Source: Macrostomum lignano (lineage: Eukaryota). From it: a stretch of DNA of 18,332 nt. The number at the start of each line of letters is the position of its first letter. Position 1 is the stretch's first letter. Below are positions 1 to 11,000 of this stretch, in pieces. The DNA is taken from contig NIVC01003433.1 of the NCBI GenBank assembly GCA_002269645.1, forward strand, positions 1 through 18,332. Direction: 5' to 3'. The notes beneath the pieces were generated by a model. That model saw only the letters and a list, made by a program, of their open reading frames with translations. It searched no databases and was not told the DNA's origin. Made by a program: the position numbers and the translations under genes.

Positions 1-866
1 AGAAGGGAGGGTAGGAGATTGGAGATAGGAGATTGGAGGATAGGAGATTGGAGGATAGGAGATTGGAGGATAGGAGAATTGGAGGATAGGAGATTGGAGG
101 ATAGGAGATTGGAGGATAGGAGATTGGGAGGATAGGAGATTGGAGGATAGGAGATTGGAGGATAGAGATTGGAGGGTATGAGATTGGAGGGTAGGAGATT
201 GGAGGATAGGAGATTGGAGGATAGGAGATAGAGGGTAGGAGATTGGAGGATAGGAGATTGGAGGATAGGAGATAGAGGGTAGGAGAGAAGAGAGGGTAGG
301 AGACGGAAGGGTAGGACATTGGAGGATAGGAGATTGAGAGAGATAGGAGATTGGAGGATAGGAGATTGGAGGATAGGAGATCGAAGATAGGAGATTGGAG
401 GATAGGAGATTGGAGGATAGGAGATTGGAGGATAGGAGATTGGAGGATAGGAGATTGGAGGATAGGAGATAGAGGGTAGGAGAGAAGAGAGGTAGGAGAC
501 GGAAGGGTAGGACATTGGAGGATAGGAGATTGGAGGATAGGAGATTGGAGGATAGGAGACTGGAGGATAGGAGATTGGAGGATATGATTGGAGGATAGGA
601 GATTGGAGGATAGGAGATTGGAGGATAGGAGATTGGAGGATAGGAGATTGGAGGATAGGAGATTGGAGATAGGAGATTGGAGGATAGGAGATTGGAGGAT
701 AGGAGATTGGAGGATAGGAGATTGGAGGATAGGAGATTGGAGGATAGGAGATTGGAGGATAGGAGATTGGAGGATAGGAGATTGGAGGATAGGAGATTGG
801 AGGATAGGAGATTGGAGGATAGGGAATTGGAGGATAGGAGATTGGAGGATAGGAGATTGGAGGATA
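1..866. repeat. 15-bp purine-rich minisatellite (GGAGATTGGAGGATA)n, running off the window start
   Basis: Unit read directly; over 50 copies, homogeneous from about 525-866 and more variable upstream. The EDRRL/IGDWR ORFs are translations of the unit. Confidence 0.97.
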
Positions 867-1343
867 GAAGAGAGGTGCAGTGTCAGGGCGCAGGAAGAGA
901 GAGTGAGGACAAGGTGAGTGAGATGCTCACAGATTGGAGACGAGATAGCCGCCAGTGAAGAGTTGCGACATGCAAGAATGAAGCGCAGTGCCTGTATGAA
1001 GATGAGTGCCGAATGGTCAGAGAAAGAGGGAGGCAGGAATATACGAAAGAAGCAACAGGTGAGAATGTGAGCACAATGAATGGACAAAGCAAACGGGAGA
1101 GGCCGGTGGCTTGGCAATCTGCCATCTGAGTTTAATGTTTCATAAACACTTTTGTGCCAGTCTTCACTTTATGCAGCGGGTTATTAGGGCTGTTTGCAGT
1201 GAACCAGTGCTCAGTTAATGTGCTTTTTTTACAGCGAGGCGCGCGCTTATTATGAATTTTTTGCACAACCAATTAGAGTTTACACCGGAGAGAAAAAAGT
1301 ATATATTGTTTGGCATCAAATGCTTTGAGGTCTCTCTCTGCAG

Positions 1344-3616
1344 AGTCAAGAATAAATCTGCTGCCTCACCATTGGCGTTTCACGGCAGGTGAAGACGCTT
1401 AATCAGATAATTTGAAATGCCTGTCACGGTGAAGGATGTGCAGAAGGTGAGAGAGAGAGAGAGAGATTGACAGGTGCTGCAATTTTCTGGTCAATGATTC
1501 TCATGATTCACTAGCCACCAGTCCCTTTTCATGTTCTTTTCATGTATTACCAGCCCTTCTTTTTATATTCTTGTCATGTGCTATAAGTCCTCATATTCTT
1601 GTCATGTGCTACCAGTCCTCCTTTTTATGTTCTTGTCATGTGCTACCAGTTCTCCTTTTTATGTTCTTGTCATGTGCTACCAGTCCTTCTCATATTCTTG
1701 TCATGTGCTACCAGTCCTTTATATTCTTGTCATGTGCTACCAGCCCTTCTCATATTCTTGTCATGTGCTACCAGTCCTTCTCATATTCTTGTCATGTGCT
1801 ACCAGTCCTTCTCATATTCTTGTCATGTGCTACCAGCCCTTCTCATATTCTTGTCATGTGCTACCAGCCCTTCTCATATTCTTGTCATGTGCTACCAGTC
1901 CTCCTTTTTATGTTCTTGTCATGTGCTACGAGTCCTTCTCATATTCTTGTCATGTGCTACCAGTCCTTCTCATGTTCCTGTCACGTGACTGAGTTGTTGT
2001 CAATCAAACCAAAACCTTCAATTTCAGCGCCTGAAGCACGGCGGCAAACTGCACAACTGCACAGCCCAGACACCCGCTTTGAGCTGCCCTTCGACTTGAA
2101 GCGGCTGGAAGGTGAGGCGTCCGCTAGAATGTGGGACTTCGGAGAGGCACTGGGAACCTGCATCTCATTCCCTCATCTCAGTCCTTCATCTCATTCTCTC
2201 ATCGCATTCCCTCATCGCATTCCCTCATCTCAGTTCCTCATCTCGCATTCCTTCATCTCAGTCCTTCATCTCACGGCCTCTCATCTCAGTCCCTCATCTC
2301 AGTCCCTCATCTCAGTCCCTCATCTCAGTCCCTCATCTCAGTCTCTCATCTCATTCCCTCATCTCAGTCCTTCATCTCATTCCCTCATCTCACAGTCTCT
2401 CATCTCAGCCTCTCATCTCAGTCCCTCATCTCAGTCCCTCATCTCAGTCCCTCATCTCATTCTCTCATCGCATTCCCTCATCGCATTCCCTCATCTCAGT
2501 TCCTCATCTCGCAGTCCTTCATCTCATTCCCTCATCTCACAGTCTCTCATCTCAGCCTCTCATCTCAGTCCCTCATCTCAGTCCCTCATCTCAGTCCCTC
2601 ATCTCAGTCTCTCATCTCAGTCCCTCATCTCACAGTCCCTTATCTCGCAGTTCTTCATCTCAGTCTTTCATCTGAGTCCCTACTCTCACAGAGCAGCTTT
2701 CCCCACTCTTAAAAGCTAACAAACTGTGATTGACAGCTCCGATTTCTAAGGCAGATCTCCCTGCGCAACCTGACCGTCTCTTCGGCAAGCTTTAACGGTT
2801 GACTGAGTAGCAGAAAACAGCATTCGAATCGAATTTTGCGGTCACAAAGCTCTGGAGCTGACTGGGGCTGACTAGAACTGCACTTTAAAGCATATCGTAT
2901 TTCACGTCCCACTGAAGCCAGGCAGTCGATAGATGTATGCGCATAAATTAGAGGGAGGGAATCAGGAAACGATTACTTTTTAGTCCTAAAAAATTCAGGT
3001 ACTTGATAAAAAAACTGCTCTCCCTCTCTCTCTCTGCGTTTTTACCATTTGCTAGAAATACGGGTGGTAAAAAATTCTCAGTATTCTACTAAATTCTCTC
3101 ATCAGTAGTGTGGAACGAAAAAGTAGCCATTTCTATGTCTATCGCAAAACATTGCCAATCAGGCCTGGACGCCAAGGATTACCTGCGCCAGTACGCCGTG
3201 GTGTCCCAACAACCGTATCGTGCTGTACCAGCGGCTATTCCAGAAGTTTCGCAATCCGACAACCAACCTGATCGAGTCCAGGGAGCTGGACAAGTGCATC
3301 GGCGACCTGCTGATCGAGGGGCAACGTCCCCCGGGACCGGCTGGCTCAGCTCCGGGACCTGACTGGCACCGCTGATCTCGAGCAGCTCGAGCCACAGCTA
3401 TTCTACGCGTTCTGCGCCGTTGTTGAAAGGCTGGTCGCTGGCAAGTCGGCCGGCGCCTGTGGCGGCACACAAAAAGGGAGTACACAGAAACGACTAGGCG
3501 ATTTGGAAGAGTGCCGGCGGCAGGCGCTGGAATCAGCGGACTTTGCCGGCCTGCAGTACAAGCTGCGCGATGTCAACCTCAAGGAAGGACTGGCGCGGCT
3601 GCTGGCTGCCTTGTGA
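1344..3616 (+). CDS. Spliced gene (exons about 1344-1446, 2028-2111, 3163-3616) for an uncharacterised protein with a degenerate EF-hand-like helical pair; 5' end probably upstream; frameshifted in this sequence
   Basis: Acceptors ctgcag|1344, tttcag|2028, atcag|3163; donors 1446|gtgaga and 2111|gtgagg. The phase-1 junction G|GC is consistent. Correcting single-base homopolymer indels gives ...FEMPVTVKDVQKRLKARRQTAQLHSPDTRFELPFDLKRLEGLDAKDYLRQYAVVSNNRIVLYQRLFQKFRNPTTNLIESRELDKCIGDLLIEGNVPRDRLAQLRDLTGTADLEQLEPQLFYAFCAVVERLV...ALESADFAGLQYKLRDVNLKEGLARLLAAL*, with TGA at 3614-3616. Codon usage is GC3-rich like the other exons. Exon 1 is the least certain. Confidence 0.7.
1518..1987. repeat. 31-34-bp intronic minisatellite (TTCTTGTCATGTGCTACCAGTCCTTCTCATA)n, about 14 copies
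   Basis: Unit read directly; two variant classes (..TTCTCATA and ..CTCCTTTTTATG). Confidence 0.96.
2158..2690. repeat. 13-bp intronic minisatellite (CTCATCTCAGTCC)n, about 40 variant copies
   Basis: Unit read directly; variant blocks such as CATTCCCTCATCGCATTCCCTCATCTCAGTTCC recur at about 2205 and 2470. Confidence 0.96.
3163..3616 (+). CDS. Terminal coding exon of the uncharacterised EF-hand-like gene
   Basis: Continuous protein-like frame after removing one extra C (about 3206) and one extra G (about 3320); ends LARLLAAL-TGA; AATAAA at 4199 and 4278 downstream. Confidence 0.78.
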
Positions 3617-3629
3617 CCCGGGGTGTCGG

Positions 3630-3978
3630 GCGGAGTGATGCGGGTGCCTAGCCATAGACTGGGTTGGCGGAGCGGAGTGAGGTGGGTGTATGGCCATAGA
3701 TTGGGTTGGCGGAGCGGAGTGAGGTGGATGTATAGCTATAGACTGGGTTGGAGAGCGGAGTGAGGTGGGTGTCTAGCCATAGACTGGGTTAGCGGAGCGG
3801 AGTGAGGTGGTTCCTAGCCATAGACGGGTTAGCGGAGCGGAGTGAGGTGGGTTCCTAGCCATAGACGGGGTTAGCGGAGCGGAGTGAGGTGGGTTCCTAG
3901 CCATAGACTGGGTGGCGAAGCGGAGTGAGGTGGGCGTATAAACATAGACTGGGTTGGCGAAGCGAAGTGAGGTGGGTG
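3630..3978. repeat. 42-bp minisatellite (AGCCATAGACTGGGTTAGCGGAGCGGAGTGAGGTGGGTTCCT)n, about 8 copies, in the putative 3'UTR
   Basis: Unit read directly; begins 14 bp after the stop codon at 3616. Confidence 0.95.
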
Positions 3979-4493
3979 TGCAGCTAATTTTGATTAATTC
4001 AGGCATGTTACTATTAACTTTTTCAGTATTTATTTTTTTCAGTGAATTTCTGCAACAAACTACTTCTGGTTGCGTCAATTACCTCGGTGCAGATGTTGCT
4101 CTTAATTTTTATTGAATTAAACCTACATGTGGTGTCTATTGTTGGATTGTATCGACGCTGGGTTTAATTTACAGATAGCTATTATCGTATAAGTTGTAAA
4201 TAAACGTCAATTTATTATTATCTTAAAGCATTCGAGAACAATGCATTACACAAAGTACGAGCGTATGTGTTGGCGATAATAAAATGTATTAATTTTGGTT
4301 GTTGTACTTGCGTGAAAGAGAAACACAGCAGCCGCTTACGCATATGCTTTAAAAACTATTGAAACTTGTATTTCTGAAGCTGAAGATGACCTCTTCGAAT
4401 CCTTTCTTTTCTAGGAATCTTTCTAACTCGAACCTTTCATAATAGCATCTTCGAATCTTTCCTATGACCCGATTAAATATTTTCTAAAGAACT

Positions 4494-4653
4494 TCTTCTA
4501 ATGCATCCTATGCCCTCTTCTAATGCATCCTATGCCCTCTTCGAATGCATCCTACGCCCTCTTCTAATGCATCCTATGCCCTCTTCGAATGCATCCTACG
4601 CCCTCTTCTAATGCATCCTATGCCCTCTTCGAATGCATCCTATGCCCTATTCT
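4494..4653. repeat. 22-bp minisatellite TCTTC(T/G)AATGCATCCTA(T/C)GCCC x7
   Basis: Seven units at 4494, 4516, 4538, 4560, 4582, 4604 and 4626, plus a partial unit. Confidence 0.96.
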
Positions 4654-5209
4654 AATTGGGCTCTCTGAATCCCCTGTCCTAACTAGAAGCGGCTCAGAGC
4701 AGAGAAGCCGCACCCAAAGTCCTGAGTCGTGAGTCACCTTAGCAGCAACCGGTTTTGCATAGCGCGCTTCCCGCCGCCTTAGCACAGAGGAATCCCATTC
4801 CGGGAATTCCAGTCTGAGTGATTTTGCTTTTGATCAAAGCCTCTGCCTCACCCCCTCCTCCAGTGCGGCTCTTGAGCTCTCCAGGAAATGAGTCTCAGAA
4901 ACTGAAAGCAGAAGACGGCAGAAGCCAGAAAGCCGTTGTTCCTCTACGGGGTTGGGCGAAGCAAATAGCCACTTGAGTCATGTTTCTATTTTTAGCTCAC
5001 AATGCTGTCCAAGCCGATTCCCCTTTACTTCGGCCCCCTCGATGCATTTTCTAGCGGGGAAAACCGGCACTGAATGCCACATCGCACAAAAGAGAAAAGC
5101 TGCTTTTTTGGCTCAATGCCAGATCTCTTCTAATGGCTTTTTAAAGTTACAAGGTGATTTTTAGGTTGAGTATTTCAGTATAAGGTTTGCCACTGCAGTT
5201 TGATAAAAA

Positions 5210-5546
<337 letters not shown>

Positions 5547-6286
5547 TGAATGGAATTCATTTGGCAGCAAGTCATCATGATCAGTTCATCCACCCCTAAT
5601 CCGATATATTTAGCACCGAAGAGGCTGCTCGGATGCAGACCGGGCTGAAACTGTCATCAAGAGATTAAGCGGGGCGATATGATGGTCGGTTGGCCTAAAA
5701 AAACCCAATCGGAATTGCGTGGCGGCGCAAGTCCTCATATTTCCAGCCTCCCGGATGGCGGACTTTAAGGCCGGCCCAGTCAATATTTGTCTGCAGCCTG
5801 GGAGTCGCTCTGTGCCAGACGGAGCCTCCTAGTTTGCGTCACAGCGAGCGAATCAGGTTGGCAACTGGGGCGGATTTAGAACCGATTAAGGACAAACCAA
5901 ACAGAGGATTAATCGCCCACCGCCCCTTTTTCCCCCACAATAAAAGCTGCCGCTATTCTTAGCTACTTGGGTGGATAAAAATAGCTGCCCGCCTGACAAG
6001 AGTCTCTCGGCGAGATTCGCGTACGCGGAGTGGATCCGCAACCTCCATAATAGGAGTGTGCACCCCCCCCCTGGCGCCCACCCCGGCCGCGAGGCTATCA
6101 GGGAAATAGCCCCCGTTGCCAGCTAGCGGAGGCCTATCTAGAGGGGGGGTGGCTCAGCCAGCCAGCTCTGCTCTACAGTTTAGCTGACTGACGGGCGGAT
6201 CCAGGAAGAGGGTGAGGGAGGGGGGTGGAGAAAATCGAGAGAGGAAGTTTCTGCGGGAAAGGGGAGTTGAGGGCTACAAGAGATGC

Positions 6287-6294
6287 TATAAAAA
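6287..6294 (+). promoter_or_regulatory. Candidate TATA box for the PH-like gene
   Basis: gcTATAAAAAggg in a GC-rich context, about 100 bp upstream of ATG 6385. Confidence 0.5.
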
Positions 6295-6384
6295 GGGACC
6301 CGCATCGATGTGGGAAATTTTTCCCAAACTGAAGCAGCAATTCGTAACAGTTTAGAGCAGGGCAGCTGAACAGACATTTTATTG

Positions 6385-6852
6385 ATGTGCTTTCAAGACG
6401 ACGCCAAAGCGATGAAGCTGAGCACGTCGGGCGCCGCGGTGCAGCGGCGGAGCAGCCGGGCGCTCATCACCCTGGTGCGGCCGGACCATCTGGCCACCCT
6501 GGCCGGTCGGCTCTGCCTGTTCGGCGGCGGCGGCGACGCCTCTGGCGGGCCCGGCTTCGTGGTGGTCTTCAGTGAGGCCACCGAGGAGGCGGCCGGGCAG
6601 CCGCTGGGCTGCCTGAGCCTTCGCGGGCTCAGCGCAGAGCCGCTGGGCAGACGGAAGCTCAAACTGGCCAGGCGAGGCGAAGACGGAGTTGGCCGGGCCT
6701 ACTCGGTGGTCACCTTCGACAGCGAGGAGGAGCGGCGCGTCTGGCTGCGGCTGCTGGCCGACTGCCGGCTGTCCGGGCCGGGCCTGCGGCCAATCAGCGA
6801 GGACGAGGCCGCCTGCTACTGCGGCTCCGCCAATGTTGGCGTTGTGCGATAA
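6385..6852 (+). CDS. Small protein consisting essentially of one PH-like domain (ATG 6385 or 6412; could alternatively be the last exon of a longer gene via tttcaag|6398)
   Basis: Very GC-rich 155-codon ORF. Pattern of beta-strands (LAGRLCLF, FVVVFSE, PLGCLSLRGLSAE, KLKL, YSVVTF) followed by the PH C-terminal helix motif FDSEEERRVWLRLL. AATAAA at 7162 and 7425. Confidence 0.75.
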   Translation: MCFQDDAKAMKLSTSGAAVQRRSSRALITLVRPDHLATLAGRLCLFGGGGDASGGPGFVVVFSEATEEAAGQPLGCLSLRGLSAEPLGRRKLKLARRGEDGVGRAYSVVTFDSEEERRVWLRLLADCRLSGPGLRPISEDEAACYCGSANVGVVR

Positions 6853-7824
6853 TTTCTATACAGTGTCGGATTTGAATTTGCGCCCGAATATTTCTGTTTT
6901 AATCGAGCTGTCAGGACTTAATGACTCAGTGGTGCCTTTGAAAGAAATTCAAGATACAGTTAGCTGTACAATACATGTATATGTGCGGCATTCTTGTCCC
7001 GTATATAAAACTTTTTCCGTTCAATGCGTAACTATAGGGAATGCTACACTTAATTTGTTTGTCCTTCAACTGTTATCAATTGCACTACTTCATGTTAAAT
7101 TGACCGCAATATTGCTGACTTATATAGTTGTAAATTTGTTTAAACTATTAGATTTTAACACAATAAAATAGCACTGCAACTAGATGTACTTCAACTATCC
7201 CGCAGTAATTTTGAGTTCCCATTTCGTTGTCAAATACGAAATAATTTCGCCATTTCGAGTTATTTCTACTAATAGTAGGCAAAAATACACAAGTTCAGAA
7301 TTTGAGCGCGGCCAAAAAAATTTAAAAGCTCAACAACAACTTCTCTGGAGAGAAATGCTCTGGGTGCAATGAGTGCTATAGTCTCTGACAGTGCACTGAT
7401 AAAATACACGAGGACTTGAGGTTTAATAAAAACCATAATGTACTGTATACTCGCAGTCTGTGACTGACCCCTAGCTATGCCTCACCGCGTGTTCTCACGC
7501 TAGCTAACATTATTCGCTTATGAAATTCGCTTCTCTGCGCCAACAATGCAGACTCCGTTTTTATTAGAGAAAATGAGTCTGTCTTATCTGGCTGTTTGTC
7601 TGAAGAAATCCGAAAGAAACGAACTTTGGCGATAATTACTTTAAAAATGTTAGACAATTAGATAAACATCTATCATTTGTTTAAAAGACAATTTGAATTC
7701 AATGGCAGTTTTGTGATAAGAATAGGAAATATCCCCCACAATAGCACATCACTTGCTCTGCTTGAAGAAAACTGGAATGCTGGTGAAACTCGTCACGTCG
7801 ATATCGTAAGCAACGAATTGCAGC

Positions 7825-8057
7825 TCAAAGTGGCTTTGCGGTGCTCCGTTGATGAAGTGCATAGCTTTGCTGATGGTCCGCTGAAGACACCGCAAACTCC
7901 TGTGCCAGCGGAGTGAAACGGAACGCATAGAGATTGATGGGCTACCATCCCCTCCAACCAAACCATCCTCACTTACCAAGCACAGATCCTTGTTCTCCTT
8001 GACCTCACAATCCAGCACTGTAGTACCGCTTTGGTATTTCTGCACTTTCTTATAAGT
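7825..8057 (-). CDS. ATP11: Putative ATP11 C-terminal exons 8057-7977 (TYKKVQKYQSGTTVLDCEVKENKDLCL) and 7899-7825 (EFAVSSADHQQSYALHQRSTAKPL*)
   Basis: ttgcag|8057 acceptor; 7977|gtaagt donor; cacag|7899 acceptor. All phase 0; introns of 79 and 77 bp resemble the 84-bp first intron. Minus-strand AATAAA at 7560-7565. Confidence 0.55.
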
Positions 8058-11000
8058 CTGCAAGTTTTTATAGAAATTTTAAATAATATCATGACATCAT
8101 CGCAAAGAGTTCTCCAGCCAGACATTTTGAACAAACATTTTTCGCAATTTTCAACTCAAGTTCGGTGCGCCAGTCTTGCAGGAATCGAATGGCCAAGTCT
8201 GGCGCCACGGCCAGCACCAAAACGCACAGCAGCAGCAGCCAGGACGAGGGCTGCCCGCTCAGATCAAAGTAAGTCCAGTAGTAAGTGAGCTGCTTGGATA
8301 GAAAAGCGGTTGAGATCCCGCTGTAGGCACTGAGCAGAATCACGTATGTGACTGTGGAGAACAGGAAACCAATGAGCGTTGGCACACTGAAGCTGTAGGT
8401 GATGAGCAGGATGCGAGTGGTGACGCACACCAGAACGCAGGTGATCACCACCGTGCCGAACGCGTAGACATCGTACGCGTAGCCGTTCGAGCCGACCCAG
8501 TCGTTGGTCAGAAACACGGCCGCTACGCCAAAAAAGCAGCAGGCCGAGTGCCAGAGGCCCAGCGCGCACCACAGGGCGAGTTGGCCCCAGGACAGGCGCC
8601 GATTGTTAGCGATGCCTCGATAGAGACGTGGCTCGGACTCCAACCGCTGTCGAGGCAGGTGCTGTTCAAACAAGCCGTAGAGAAAAATCGGCAATGAAGT
8701 CATGGTCATGTTGTAGAGAATGAAGAACGCCGTGTCGTACATTGGCTGGGCGCTGAATGCGGAGAAAAACGCGAAGAAAAAGGGAGGCATAACGAACACA
8801 ATGCTCTTGTAAAAACAGTACAGAACGAGATTTGAGAGTCGAATGTAGAACAGGTGGCCGTGGAACAGCAGGGCGGTGCGAGTGAACGCGAACCTGGCGA
8901 ATGCGTAGTCGGCGTTGAGAGCGGCGGCCCGGCCCTCCTTGCCGAAGATGCCGATTCCAACGTGGGCCTCTCGGATCATGAGACGTCGTTGGCTCCGTCG
9001 CCGATCGCGCAGGTGGTTGGCTCGGGCCGAACTCCATGCTTCACCATGGCGATTATTCTGGCCTTCTGCAGAGGCGTGCAGCGGCAGCACAAAACTGCGG
9101 CTGTCTTGCAGCACAGTTCTAGGAACGAGTCCCTCAGGTCGGGGTGCTCATCGGACAAAATAAATTGCAGCGAGTCACCGTCGACAATCGTGCAGAAATT
9201 TATCGGAATTGACACTTTGGACGCCTCAATCATCTCATGTCCGCTGCTCACACTCTCGCGGCAGACATCCGCCGACAGCTGCTCCACAATGCGGATGCGC
9301 TGCATGGATTCCACAAAGTGTCCCGATGACAGGCTGATGTTTTCGGCTGTCTCGCGCTTGTCGCCGGTGAGCACCCACACCTGGATGCCTGCCTCGCGCA
9401 GATCCGTCAGCGTCTCGCACACGCCTGGTTGCAGCTCGTCTTCGATAGCTGTGAGGCCCAGCGCTTCGAGGCCTTGCTCTATCGACCTGGTCGAAGAGAG
9501 GTTTATGGGAAACCTGTGGTGATGTAGTACAAGGGTCCTAAATCTACAGGTTGCGACTGCGAACTAGGTTGTGGAATTTCTGCACCTTTAAAAAATATCA
9601 TTTTAGCCTACTGACCATTTCAGACTTTCAGCTGTGGATTCGATCTGTTATCTCATCGGATCTGCTTGAAGTCTCTAACCGTTATTGTTGCCTTCTTCTG
9701 TACCATTACCTACTTAAGACCAAATGTTGCACTAAAAAGTACTCACATGTACACTTCCGTCAGCTTGGCATCTCTGTTGGCTACATCTATCTCGGCGATG
9801 GAGAATTGCAACTTTATCTGCTCATACTCGGCTTCTGTCAGCTCTTTGTGTCCGATTGCCAGCACTCTCAGACCTTGGACGGCGAATTCGGCGGAGAACT
9901 TCACAATAGAATCCTTGTCTCCTGTGCAGCACTTCTCCAGCATTGTGCTTTCGGCTCCTTTCGTTAGCAGCCAATAAGCGCCGTCGGCTCTCTGCACGAT
10001 GACCGACATGCACTTGCGCTCTGAATCAAACTCGAGCACGTGCAGTAGCCGGAATTGCTGAACAATGCACTCGCCATTGGCACTAGACAGGCTGACTGTG
10101 CTGACCCCGCCCTCAGTGCCGTGGAAAATTATCCCAAAACTACGGGCGGCCTCAACAAAAGCCTTCTCATCTGGAGAGCTGGCCTGGTAGGTGTAATCCT
10201 CCGCTTCAAGTGTAGAGAATGCATACCGATTTTGCTCATCATTGCCATACGCCGTAGGCCGTTCAACTCGAATGGTGTGGCACAGGGCCAAAACGGTAAA
10301 GAACAGCAGCTGTCGGTCTCCCAGCCTCTCGCACCGACTCAGTCGTTGTCCACCGCAGCTGTCTGTCTCCCAGAGTTCACCACTGAATTCACTGAACGTA
10401 CGTCCGTCTACCGAGCAGTGTCTGAAGGTCATTTTGTTCTCGGTAAGAGTGCCCGTTTTGTCCGAAAATAAGTACTGAACTTGTCCGAGTTCCTCATTCA
10501 AATCGGATGTGTTTGCTCTCGCTGGCATTTTCTCGCCCGTTTCTGGATCCTCGTAGTACATGCTCAAGTCATACTCAATAAACTTCGAGCTAACAAACTT
10601 CGTTACCTCCATTGTCACATATAGTGCAATAGGAATCATGTAGTTGAACAGTATTAAGTAGCCCATAAAATCTTGAATTATTCGATATGGTGTCAATTGC
10701 TCGACTGGCAGGTACCAAGCCCCAGTGACTGTTGTTTTATGATTCGCGTAGCTCCATTTCATAGCAGAGCAAACAATTACCATAAACAGTAGAACGCCCA
10801 GGAGGCACACAAGAAATTTGTCCAGGCGACGCTCAATGACGGACTTTTTGGAACGGCCGTACTGCGAATTCAGCTGCATCTTGGTCTCTTGACCAGTGTA
10901 CACGGCCACTCCCATTACATGCTTGGTGTTCCGCAGCACTGCCCCGCGAAGAAGAAGGTTCTTGATGCTCAGGGAAACTTGGTACGGCAATCCCGTGCTC

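Noticed and set aside
588-958. ORFs of EDRRL/IGDWR repeats
   Set aside because: They are translations of the 15-bp minisatellite, with no splice signals or unique coding context.
870-1125. Unique purine-rich segment and ORF 883-1125 as an exon or LINE fragment
   Set aside because: No recognisable motif and no phase-compatible splice pair found.
1531-2719. Long Cys/His/Ser-rich ORFs, including the 382-aa ORF
   Set aside because: They come from stop-free 31-bp and 13-bp repeats; only 2028-2111 looks like a real exon.
6061-6152. C-tract/G-tract inverted repeat as a Helitron 3' hairpin
   Set aside because: Pairing is limited to homopolymer tracts about 70 bp apart, with no properly placed CTRR end or 5' TC terminus.
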